From Candidatus Poriferisocius sp. (GTDB taxonomy: Bacteria > Actinomycetota > Acidimicrobiia > Acidimicrobiales > Bin134), in the NCBI RefSeq assembly GCF_965219775.1, contig NZ_OZ244793.1, positions 724,249 through 788,248 on the forward strand: a stretch of 64,000 nucleotides of DNA, written 5' to 3'. Below, piece after piece: positions 44,593 to 53,268 of the stretch; within the stretch, counting starts at the first letter, position 1; each line of letters opens with the position of its first letter. Below the pieces are notes generated by a model that saw only the letters and a list, made by a program, of their open reading frames with translations, was not told the origin of the DNA and made no database searches. A program made the translations under genes and the position numbers.

Positions 44593-46689
44593 TCAGACGA
44601 ACGCCGAGGCGAACACCAACGACACGATGGTCATGACCTTGATGAGGATGTTCATGGACGGCCCCGAGGTGTCCTTGAAGGGATCACCCACGGTGTCGCC
44701 CACCACGGCGGCCTTGTGGGGCTCGGAGCCCTTGCCCCCGTGGGCGCCGGCCTCGATGTACTTCTTGGCGTTGTCCCACGCCCCGCCCGCGTTGGCCATG
44801 AAGATGGCCAGGGCGAAACCGGTCACCAGGGCACCGGCCAGAAAGCCGCCCAGGGTGTCCACGTCGATGAACCCGATCACGAGCGGTACCACCACGGCCA
44901 GGGCGCCGGGGGCCAGCATCTCCCGCAGGGAGGCCTTGGTGGAGATGGCCACACACCGGGCCGAGTCGGGCGACACCCCTTCGGCTCCGTCGCGCAGGCC
45001 GGGAATCTCCCGGAACTGACGGCGGACCTCCTCGATCATCTTGTTGGCCGCCCGACCCACCGCGTCGATGGTGAGGGCCGCGAACAGAAACGGCAGCATG
45101 GCTCCCAGGAATAGGCCGATGAACACGTCCACCTTGCCGACGTCCAAGGAGAGTATGAAGTCGGGATCCTCCAGTTTCAGGGCCACCTCGAACGTCTTGA
45201 ACAAGGCCAGAGCGGTGAGGGCGGCCGAGCCCACCGCGAACCCCTTGGCGATGGCTGCGGTGGTGTTGCCCAGCGAGTCGAGGGCGTCGGTCACCTCCCG
45301 CACCTTGGGGTCGAGTTCGGACATTTCGGCGATGCCGCCCGCGTTGTCGGCGATGGGGCCGTAGGCGTCCACCGACACCACCACGCCGGTGGTGGCCAGC
45401 ATCCCGATGGCGGCCACCGCGATCCCGTAGATGCCCGATGCGGTGGAGTCGCCCAGCGTCTGCTGGCCGCCCCAGTAGGCCACCAGCACGCCGGCGCCGA
45501 TGAGCACCACCGACGCCGCCACCGACACCATGCCCGCGCTGATGCCCGACAGCACCGTGGTGGCCGGGCCGGTCTCGGACTGCTTGGCGATTTTGCGTAC
45601 CGGGGAGTAGTGGTCGCTGGTCCAGATCTCGGCCACCTTGCCGATGGCCCAGCCCACGGCCAGGCCGCCGATCACCGAGACGGGCAGCCCCCACCAGCCT
45701 TCGAAGTCGTCGCCGGTGAAGAACCACAAGCCGATCAGGACGGTGCCCACCACGGTCAGGGCCATGGCCACGTTGGTGCCCATGTGGAGCTGACGGGACA
45801 GGCTCTTCACGTCGGCGCTGGCGCTGCCCCGCACCGCGAACGAGCCCACGATGGCGGCCAGCATCCCCACGAAGGCCACGGCCAGAGGGAACATGAGTTG
45901 GGCCAGCCCGATGTCGCTGCCGGTGGCCTCGGTGCCGAGCACCGCGAACGAGAACGCGGTCAGCGCGATGGGGGCGATGATCGATCCGCTGTAGCTCTCG
46001 AACAGGTCGGCCCCCATGCCGGCCACGTCGCCCACGTTGTCGCCCACGTTGTCGGCGATGGTGGCGGGATTGCGGGGATCGTCCTCGGGGATGCCCGCTT
46101 CCACCTTGCCCACCAGGTCGGCCCCCACGTCGGCGGCCTTGGTGTAAATGCCGCCGCCCACGCGGGAGAACAGGGCGATGGAGCTGGCCCCCAGGCCGAA
46201 CGCGGTGAAGATCTCGAACGGATCGTCCACCGAGAGCCACTCCACGAACAGCAGGTAGGTGAAGGCCAAACCCAAGAGGCTCAATCCGGCCACGGAGAAG
46301 CCCATGACCGCGCCGCCCCGGAAGGCCAACGGCAGCGCCCGGGCCGGGCCCTCGGTGGCCGCTTGGGTGGTGCGGGCGTTGGCCATGGTGGCCACCGTCA
46401 TGCCCACGTACCCGGCGCCGGCCGACAGGACCGCGCCCAGGATGTAGCTGATGAAGGTGAGCTCCACCCCGGTGAGCAGGGGGATGAGTACGGCCATGAT
46501 GATCACGAACCCGGTGACCCAGGTGTACTCCTGCTTGAGGAACGCTCGGGCCCCCGACTGGATCTCGGTCATGAGATGGACCATGCGGTCGTTGCCCGGC
46601 GGGGCGGCCTTGACCAGCCTGAAGAAGAAGAAGGCGAGTACGAGCGCAAGAATGGCGCTCAAACCGGCAAGATAAGGAACGGCGTCCAC
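44593..46689 (-). CDS. hppA: membrane-bound proton-translocating pyrophosphatase
   Basis: 698 aa, multi-TM. Motifs GGIYTKAADVGADLVGK, DNVGDNVGD and GDTVGDPFKDTSGPS. Confidence 0.95.
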   Translation of the reverse strand: MDAVPYLAGLSAILALVLAFFFFRLVKAAPPGNDRMVHLMTEIQSGARAFLKQEYTWVTGFVIIMAVLIPLLTGVELTFISYILGAVLSAGAGYVGMTVATMANARTTQAATEGPARALPLAFRGGAVMGFSVAGLSLLGLAFTYLLFVEWLSVDDPFEIFTAFGLGASSIALFSRVGGGIYTKAADVGADLVGKVEAGIPEDDPRNPATIADNVGDNVGDVAGMGADLFESYSGSIIAPIALTAFSFAVLGTEATGSDIGLAQLMFPLAVAFVGMLAAIVGSFAVRGSASADVKSLSRQLHMGTNVAMALTVVGTVLIGLWFFTGDDFEGWWGLPVSVIGGLAVGWAIGKVAEIWTSDHYSPVRKIAKQSETGPATTVLSGISAGMVSVAASVVLIGAGVLVAYWGGQQTLGDSTASGIYGIAVAAIGMLATTGVVVSVDAYGPIADNAGGIAEMSELDPKVREVTDALDSLGNTTAAIAKGFAVGSAALTALALFKTFEVALKLEDPDFILSLDVGKVDVFIGLFLGAMLPFLFAALTIDAVGRAANKMIEEVRRQFREIPGLRDGAEGVSPDSARCVAISTKASLREMLAPGALAVVVPLVIGFIDVDTLGGFLAGALVTGFALAIFMANAGGAWDNAKKYIEAGAHGGKGSEPHKAAVVGDTVGDPFKDTSGPSMNILIKVMTIVSLVFASAFV

Positions 46690-46748
46690 GTTGACCCCCT
46701 GTGTCTACGGTGAGTGGGACTCCCTCGCGCAACCACGGCACGCACAAG

Positions 46749-46791
46749 CGCTCGCAAGCGCCCACGAGTGCCCACAAACGCTCGCAAGCGC
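46749..46791. promoter_or_regulatory. two copies of CGCTCGCAAGCGC (30-bp period), each a small palindrome (GCGCT-CGCA-AGCGC)
   Basis: Read directly. Lies 60-100 bp upstream of the hppA start, in the spacer shared with the divergent 5-FCL gene. Confidence 0.3.
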
Positions 46792-46933
46792 AGTCAGCGT
46801 GGGAATCCTCGGTGAAGTTATCCACCACGTGAGCGGCCTGCCAAGGTTGCCCGAGGTACCGGTACGCGCCGGTGACCGCCCGGATGCTCGACTTCCGGCC
46901 CGGTACCCTGGCGGGGTGGACAGCCTCCCCCGG

Positions 46934-47521
46934 ATGCGGTCGCAAGCCCGGCAGGCCCGTCGATCCTTCCCCGATCCCACCGGTGCCGCGGAGGCCGTCT
47001 GCCGATCGGTGCTGTCAACCGGCTGGTTGGACGGTGCCCGGAGGGTGGCGGCCACCCTGGCCGACGACGGGGAACTCGACCCGGCGCCGGTGGTGGCCGC
47101 CTGTCGCGCTCGGGGCATCGGGGTGTACTTCCCGGTGATGCGGGATCCGGATCCCCTGCGGTTCGCCCCCGCCGACGCCGACACCCCCCTGGTGGCCAAC
47201 CGCTTCGGGATTCTCGAGCCCGACGTGAACCCGGCCACGCTGGTGTCGGCGGTGGACCTGGACGTGGCGTTGGCCCCGCTGGTGGTGTTCGACGACATGG
47301 GCCACCGCGCGGGTCGGGGCCGGGGCTACTACGACCGGGCCCTGGCCCACCTGCTGGGCGGCCCCCGCCCGGCCCAACCCCTGGTGGTGGGGCTGGCCTA
47401 CGAGCTGCAGCGGGTGGACGAGGTGCCCACCCACCCCGGCGACGTACCCATGGACGCGGTGGTCACCGAGCAACGGGTGCGGGTGTTCACGTCGGGGCTG
47501 GATGCGTCGCCTGGGTCGTGA
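46934..47521 (+). CDS. 5-formyltetrahydrofolate cyclo-ligase
   Basis: ATG at 46934. NRFGILEP... and ...DDMGHRAGRGRGYYDR are typical of MTHFS. The start could be further upstream. Confidence 0.8.
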   Translation: MRSQARQARRSFPDPTGAAEAVCRSVLSTGWLDGARRVAATLADDGELDPAPVVAACRARGIGVYFPVMRDPDPLRFAPADADTPLVANRFGILEPDVNPATLVSAVDLDVALAPLVVFDDMGHRAGRGRGYYDRALAHLLGGPRPAQPLVVGLAYELQRVDEVPTHPGDVPMDAVVTEQRVRVFTSGLDASPGS

Positions 47522-47599
47522 CCGGGGACGGCTCGAACGGCTGCCGGCGAACCGGGTGCAGGGCTCGCCACCGGGGAGAATTTCGGCAAGGATGAGACC

Positions 47600-48943
47600 G
47601 TGCGCATCGTGGTCGTGGGCGCCGGCGAGGTGGGGTTCTACGTCGCCCAGATTCTGAGCCAAGAAGGCAACACGGTGTCGGTGGTGGAGTTGGACGCCAA
47701 GAAGCTGCACAACGTGGCCGAGGAACTCGACGTGCTGGCCGTGGAGGGCAGCGGCACCCACCCCCACATCCTCCGCCAGGCGGGCATCAAGGGGGCCGAC
47801 CTGCTGGTGGCGGTCACCGCCAGCGACGAGGTGAACCTGGTGGCCTGCCTCTTGGCCAAACAGCACGGGGTGGAGCGCACCATCGCCCGCATCCAGGCCC
47901 GCAACCTGCGGGAGAAGGACGCCCGGGAGCTGCGGGAGGCCATGAAGGCCGACACCATCATCGACCCCGACGAGGAGACCGCGCTGGAGATCATGGATCT
48001 CCTGTCTTATCCGGGGGCCACCGACGTGACCGTCATGGCCGACGGCGAGGTGGTGGTGGTGGGGGCCAAGCTCACCGACGACGCCCCGTGGGCCGATCAA
48101 CGGCTGGCCGACATCGCCGAGGAGTACGAACCCGACTGGGACTTCCTGGTGGCGGTGCTCACCCGGGAGGGCGAAACCCGGATCCCCCGGGCCGACACCA
48201 CCCTGGCGGCCGGCGATCTCTTGCGGGTGGTGTGCAAGCGGCGGGCCCGCCGCACCCTGCTGCCGCTGATGGGCCTGGCGCCGGGAACGCACCGCCGGGT
48301 CATGCTGCTGGGCGGGGGGCGCACCGCCGAGATCGTGGGACGGCGCCTGGCCGAGCGCCACGCCGAGGTGGTGCTCATAGAACGCAACCTGGAGCGGGCG
48401 GAGAAGCTGAGCGAGGACCTGGACGGGGTGCTGGTGATCCACGGCGACATCACCGACCCCGAACTGCTGGAGTCCGAGGACGTCGGCAACTTCGACGCGG
48501 TCATTGCCCTGACCGGCAAGGACGACGCCAACATCTTGGCCTGTCTGTACGCCAAGTCGATGGGGGCCAGCGAGACGATCGCCGCCATCCACAACCTGGC
48601 CCTGCGGACCCTGCTGCGGGAGGTGGGCATCGACGTGGCCCTGTCGCCCCGCACGGCCAGCGCCAACGGCGTGCTCCGCTACGTGCGGGGGGAGGTGGCC
48701 CAGGTGGCCACCTACCTGTCGGGAGACTTCGAGATCATCGAAGCGGAAATCAAAGAGGGCTCCCCGGCCGACGGGGTGGTGGTGAACGAGCTGGGTCTGC
48801 CCAAGGACGTGCTCATCGGCGCCTACGTGCGGGACGGCAAGCCGCAGATCGGCCGGGGACGCAGCCAGCTCCGCAGCCGCGACCACATCGTGGTCTTCGC
48901 CCGCCCCGACTCGGTGGACGAAGTGAAGCGCTTCTTCGGGTGA
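47600..48943 (+). CDS. trkA: Trk system potassium uptake protein TrkA (two RCK/NAD-binding modules)
   Basis: GTG start. MRIVVVGAGEVGFYVAQ and a second VMLLGGGRTAE module. Confidence 0.9.
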   Translation: MRIVVVGAGEVGFYVAQILSQEGNTVSVVELDAKKLHNVAEELDVLAVEGSGTHPHILRQAGIKGADLLVAVTASDEVNLVACLLAKQHGVERTIARIQARNLREKDARELREAMKADTIIDPDEETALEIMDLLSYPGATDVTVMADGEVVVVGAKLTDDAPWADQRLADIAEEYEPDWDFLVAVLTREGETRIPRADTTLAAGDLLRVVCKRRARRTLLPLMGLAPGTHRRVMLLGGGRTAEIVGRRLAERHAEVVLIERNLERAEKLSEDLDGVLVIHGDITDPELLESEDVGNFDAVIALTGKDDANILACLYAKSMGASETIAAIHNLALRTLLREVGIDVALSPRTASANGVLRYVRGEVAQVATYLSGDFEIIEAEIKEGSPADGVVVNELGLPKDVLIGAYVRDGKPQIGRGRSQLRSRDHIVVFARPDSVDEVKRFFG

Positions 48944-48950
48944 GCCGCCC

Positions 48951-50255
48951 ATGAGCGACCCGTCACGGGTCCGCTTCCCCTGGCACCGCTCCGCGGTTCG
49001 AGTCCTGACGTCGGTGGTGGTTATCGCCGTCGCCCTGGTGCTGGTTTCCACCGTGGTCTACTGGGCCTCGGGGGAGGTGGAGCGCGTCGACGACGCCTTG
49101 TTCGAGTCGGTGGCCGGGTTCACCACCACGTCGCTGACGGTTCTGGACCCCGAGGCCCTGCCGGCATGGCTGCTGTGGTGGCGGGCGGTCACCCAGTGGG
49201 CCGGGGGTTTTGGCGCGCTCGTGTTCGCCCTGGTGGTGGTGCCCACCTTCGGGGGCCAGCGGCGGCTGAGCGAGGTGGCCGAAGGGCGGGGCCGACGGGC
49301 GGTGCTGTCCAGCGCCTGGTCGCACACCACCCGTCGGGTGGTGCTGGCCTACGGCGGCTTGACCCTGGTGGTGATGGCGGCCTACGCCCTGGCCGGCATG
49401 GGGGCCCGAGACGCCGCCACCTTCGGGCTGACCACCGCTTCCACCGGTGGGTTCTCCAACTACCGGGACTCATTCGCCCACTTCGACTCGGCCGCGGTGG
49501 AGTGGGTCGGGGCCGGGGCCATGGCCGTGGCCGGCATGTCGGTGGCGGTGTTGGTGTGGATCGTTCGCGGCCAGGCCCAAGCCCTGTGGCGGTCGACCGA
49601 ACTGAAGCTCTACGCCGGGTTGATGTTGGGCGCCACAATGCTGGTGTCCGCCTGGACCTGGCAGGACACCGGCGGAGGGGTGGCCACCGTTCGCCAGTCG
49701 TTCTTCACGGTGGCCTCGGCCATGAGCACCACCGGCTTCCGGGTGACCGACTGGGGGCAGTGGGTGCAGGCCCCCCAGACCCTGCTGCTCATCCTCATCG
49801 GGGTGGGATCGATGGCGGGCTCGGCGGGCGGCGGGTTCCGCATGTTGCGGGTCATCCAGTTGCTGGGCATCGTGCGGCGAGAGCTGGTGATGCAGCTCCA
49901 TCCCCAGGCGGTGGTGAAGGTGAAGGTGTCGGGCGCCGCGGTCTCGGAGTCGTCGCTCATCCGGGTCCAGACGTTTCAGATCCTGTGGGTGTTGGCCGCG
50001 GCCATCGGGGTGTTCGCCCTGGCGTCGTTGGGCAGCGACGTGCCCACCGCGGTGTCGGGGGCCATCTCGGCGCTGGCCACCGCCGGGCCCGGATTGGGCG
50101 ACCTGTCCGGCTTCGCCGACGCCACCGTGTTGGCCGCCCCGGCCCGGGCGGTGACCATGGCGTTGATGTTGCTGGGCCGGCTGTCGATCTATCCGCTGGT
50201 GGTGGTGATCGGCTGGGGGGTGGGGGAGGCCCAGCGGATGAGATTGCGTCGATGA
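48951..50255 (+). CDS. trkH: TrkH family potassium uptake protein
   Basis: 434 aa, multi-TM. Repeated pore-loop motifs (TTTS, TASTGGFSN, MSTTGFRV) and GSAGGGFRMLRV. Confidence 0.85.
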   Translation: MSDPSRVRFPWHRSAVRVLTSVVVIAVALVLVSTVVYWASGEVERVDDALFESVAGFTTTSLTVLDPEALPAWLLWWRAVTQWAGGFGALVFALVVVPTFGGQRRLSEVAEGRGRRAVLSSAWSHTTRRVVLAYGGLTLVVMAAYALAGMGARDAATFGLTTASTGGFSNYRDSFAHFDSAAVEWVGAGAMAVAGMSVAVLVWIVRGQAQALWRSTELKLYAGLMLGATMLVSAWTWQDTGGGVATVRQSFFTVASAMSTTGFRVTDWGQWVQAPQTLLLILIGVGSMAGSAGGGFRMLRVIQLLGIVRRELVMQLHPQAVVKVKVSGAAVSESSLIRVQTFQILWVLAAAIGVFALASLGSDVPTAVSGAISALATAGPGLGDLSGFADATVLAAPARAVTMALMLLGRLSIYPLVVVIGWGVGEAQRMRLRR

Positions 50256-50262
50256 GGTTGAG

Positions 50263-51792
50263 ATGAGGGCACGGATCCTGAAAGTCCGCCGGTGGAACGT
50301 GACCAGCCGGGTGGGGTTCGTGGTGGGCCTGGGGCTGTTGTTCCTGGTGCCGGGGATGTTGTTCGCCACCATGGTGGAATGGGGTTCGTCCACCTCCCAC
50401 GACGAGGCCGCCCTGGGCTTGGGGGCGTTGGCAACGCTGGCGGCGGGGGCCCTCCTGGTGACGTTCACCCGCCTGGATGAGGAGATGCCGCCCGCGTCGG
50501 TGTTCGCCGCGGTGGCCTGGACCTGGATCGGCTCGTCGGTGGCCGGGGCGCTGCCGTTTTGGTTCTCCGGGGAGTTGGGCAGCTTCGACAACGCCCTGTT
50601 CGAGTCGGTGTCGGGCTATACCGCCACCGGGTCCACCGTGCTCCACCCCATCGAGGAGGCCGGCCGGGGGGTGCTCATGTGGCGCCAGGTGATCCAGTGG
50701 TACGGGGGCATGGGGATGGTTGTGTTGGCCGTGACCGTCCTTCCGTTCCTGGGGGTGGGCGGGCTCAGCCTCATCACCGCCGAGGCCCCCGGACCCACCT
50801 CCGATCGGCTGGCCCCTCGGGTGAGCTCCACCGCTAGGCGCCTGTGGGCGCTGTACGTGGGCTTCACCGTGGCGGTGGCCGTGGCCCTGTTGGCCACCGG
50901 GCTGAGCCTGTACGACGCGGTGGCCCACGCCTTCACCACCGCGAGCACCGGGGGGTTCTCGCCCTACGACAGCTCCATCGGCCATTTCGACAGCCAGGCA
51001 GTGGAGGCGGTGATCATCGTGGGGATGCTGGTGTGCGGGGCCAGCTTCACCCTGCACTGGCGAGCCGTGTCGGGCAACCCCCGGGCTTACGGACACTCGT
51101 CGGAGTTCCGGGTGTATCTGGTGGTCATCCTCGCCGCTGCCGCCCTCACGGCCCTGTTGAACTGGGGGCACGACGTGACCGACTTGGCCGCCGGGATCCG
51201 CAACGGCGTCTTCAACGCCACCACCTTGGGCACCAGCACCGGGTTCAGCAACGCTTCAGGGGCCAATCCGGGGGGCGACTTCGCCGCCTGGACGCCGGGG
51301 GCGCAGGCCCTGTTGTTGCCACTCATGGTGATGGGCGGCATGTCCGGCAGCACCGCCGGGGGCCTGAAGGTGCTGCGGGCCCAGGTGATGGCCAAGTACA
51401 TGCGGGTGGGGCTCCTGCGGATCAAACACCCGAGGGTGGTGGCCCGGGTCAAGCTGGGGACAATGGCCTTGTCGGCCCCGGTGCTGCAGCGGGTGGCCGG
51501 TTTGGTGGCCCTGTACGCGTTCACCGCCTTCGTCGGCACCATGGTGTTGTCGATGCTGGGCCAAGACCTGGTCACCTCGTCGTCGGGGGCGATCAGCGCG
51601 ATGAGCAACATGGGACCCGCGTTGGGTGAGGCCGGGCCGACGTCCAACTTCTTGGTGTTCACCCGGCCGGCCCGGGCGGTGCTGATGGCGCTCATGCTCA
51701 TCGGCCGGCTGGAGTTCTTCGCCGTGTTCCTGGTGGTGGTGGCCGCCTACGAGCGAACCCGCCGGGTGGCCCGAGTCAAGCTGCGTCGCTGA
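50263..51792 (+). CDS. trkH: TrkH family potassium uptake protein (second paralog)
   Basis: 509 aa. SGYTATGSTV, TASTGGFSPY, TSTGFSN and GSTAGGLKVLR. Confidence 0.85.
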   Translation: MRARILKVRRWNVTSRVGFVVGLGLLFLVPGMLFATMVEWGSSTSHDEAALGLGALATLAAGALLVTFTRLDEEMPPASVFAAVAWTWIGSSVAGALPFWFSGELGSFDNALFESVSGYTATGSTVLHPIEEAGRGVLMWRQVIQWYGGMGMVVLAVTVLPFLGVGGLSLITAEAPGPTSDRLAPRVSSTARRLWALYVGFTVAVAVALLATGLSLYDAVAHAFTTASTGGFSPYDSSIGHFDSQAVEAVIIVGMLVCGASFTLHWRAVSGNPRAYGHSSEFRVYLVVILAAAALTALLNWGHDVTDLAAGIRNGVFNATTLGTSTGFSNASGANPGGDFAAWTPGAQALLLPLMVMGGMSGSTAGGLKVLRAQVMAKYMRVGLLRIKHPRVVARVKLGTMALSAPVLQRVAGLVALYAFTAFVGTMVLSMLGQDLVTSSSGAISAMSNMGPALGEAGPTSNFLVFTRPARAVLMALMLIGRLEFFAVFLVVVAAYERTRRVARVKLRR

Positions 51793-51872
51793 GGAACTGG
51801 CCCAGGGCTCGGTGACGGCGTTGCCCAGGGTGGCTCGGATCAACCTGCGTCGCTGAGGAACTGGCCCAGGGC
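51781..51872. repeat. 28-bp perfect direct repeat CTGCGTCGCTGAGGAACTGGCCCAGGGC (51781-51808 and 51845-51872)
   Basis: Copy 2 encodes the C-terminus and stop of the minus-strand aminopeptidase (..ALGQFLSDAG*). Copy 1 contains the last codons and stop of trkH-2 on the plus strand. Confidence 0.9.
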
Positions 51873-53132
51873 CCGGGCGAAGTCAATCGGATCCTGCACG
51901 CCGCACATCTCGCGAGCCGAGTGCATGGAGAGCTGGGCCACCCCGGCGTCCACCGTGCTCACCCCGATGCCCGCCGAGGCCATCGGACCGATGGTGCTGC
52001 CACACACCATGTCGCCTCGGTGGACGTACATTTGGTGGCTCACCCCGGCCCGCTCACAGGCGGCCACGAAGGCGGCTTCGGCCACCGCGTCGGTGGCGTA
52101 GCGCCGGGCGGCATTGCGCTTGATCACCGGCCCACCGTCGATGGCGACGGGATGGTCGGGCCGGTGGCGCTCGGGATAGTTGGGGTGGGTGGCGTGGGCC
52201 CCGTCGGCCGACACGCACCGCGATCGGGCCAACGCCGGGTGCAGGGCGCTCCGGCTACCGGCGATCCGCTCCAACACCGTGGGCAACAGGGTGGAGGCGG
52301 CCCCCTCGGCCGACACGCTGCCCACCTCCTCGTGATCGAACAGGCACAGCACCGAGCTTGCCGCGGTGTCGTCGGGGGCATCGATCAAGGCCCGCAGCCC
52401 GGCCCAGCACGACACCAGGTTGTCGATCCGGGGGGCGAAGAGGAACTCCCCGTCGAGGCCGGCCACCGTCGACGGGGTGAGGTCGTGGAGCATGGCGTCC
52501 CAGGCCACCACCTCGCCGGGGGCCAGCCCCGCGGCCTCGGCCACCACCTCGGCGAAGGCCCCGTCGGCCCGAGGCCCCAGCCCCCACACCGGGGTCAGGT
52601 GATGCTGGGGGTTGAGCTGGACACCCTTCTGGTTGACCTCTCGATCCAGATGGATGGCCAACTGGGGCACCCGCAGCACCGGTCGGTCGATGCGGAACAG
52701 CCGGGTCTGCGAACGGGTGGTCACCCGCCCGGCCACCCCCAGGTCGCGGTCCAGCCAACTGTTGAGCAGGACCCCGCCGTACACCTCCACCCCGAGTTGG
52801 CGGTATCCCGCCGCCCCGGTGTCGGGACGGGGCGTGATGCGCAGATTGGGGCTGTCGGTGTGGGCGCCGACGATGCGAAAGCCCCGCTCGCAGGATCGGT
52901 GGCGCCAGGCCACCAGCGACCCGCCTCGGCAGACGAAGCGGTCTCCGGTGGTGTCGGGCCAATGATCGGCCTCGTCCAAAGGGGTGAATCCGGCGTCCCG
53001 CAACCGAGCCGACACCTCGGCCACCACGTGGAACGGGGTGGGGGAGGCGTCGATGAACTCGATCAGCTCCTGAATGCCTGTGCTCTTCGTGTCTGGTGCC
53101 ACTCCAGCCCCATTCTCAACAGGTGCAGTCAC
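51840..53132 (-). CDS. M18 family (aspartyl) aminopeptidase
   Basis: GTG at 53130-53132. ...FIDASPTPFH... and GAHTDSPNLRITP are typical of M18. Confidence 0.85.
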   Translation of the reverse strand: MTAPVENGAGVAPDTKSTGIQELIEFIDASPTPFHVVAEVSARLRDAGFTPLDEADHWPDTTGDRFVCRGGSLVAWRHRSCERGFRIVGAHTDSPNLRITPRPDTGAAGYRQLGVEVYGGVLLNSWLDRDLGVAGRVTTRSQTRLFRIDRPVLRVPQLAIHLDREVNQKGVQLNPQHHLTPVWGLGPRADGAFAEVVAEAAGLAPGEVVAWDAMLHDLTPSTVAGLDGEFLFAPRIDNLVSCWAGLRALIDAPDDTAASSVLCLFDHEEVGSVSAEGAASTLLPTVLERIAGSRSALHPALARSRCVSADGAHATHPNYPERHRPDHPVAIDGGPVIKRNAARRYATDAVAEAAFVAACERAGVSHQMYVHRGDMVCGSTIGPMASAGIGVSTVDAGVAQLSMHSAREMCGVQDPIDFARALGQFLSDAG

Positions 53133-53268
53133 CCGGCGGTCGTGTCCTGTCGCCGCCCTCCGGCGGCAACAGACTTGGTAGGACTCCGGCGGCCAACAAT
53201 AAAATTGGAACCCTGCCGCTGGCCAATGTCGTCTCGGCGCGCACCGCCAACCTGCCCAAAAGGACGAA

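Noticed and set aside
44684-49051. Long ORFs 44684..46945(-), 45610..46713(+), 47015..49051(-) and 48088..48954(+)
   Set aside because: These are off-frame or antisense to hppA, the 5-FCL gene and trkA. Their composition is shadow-like and no motifs are present.
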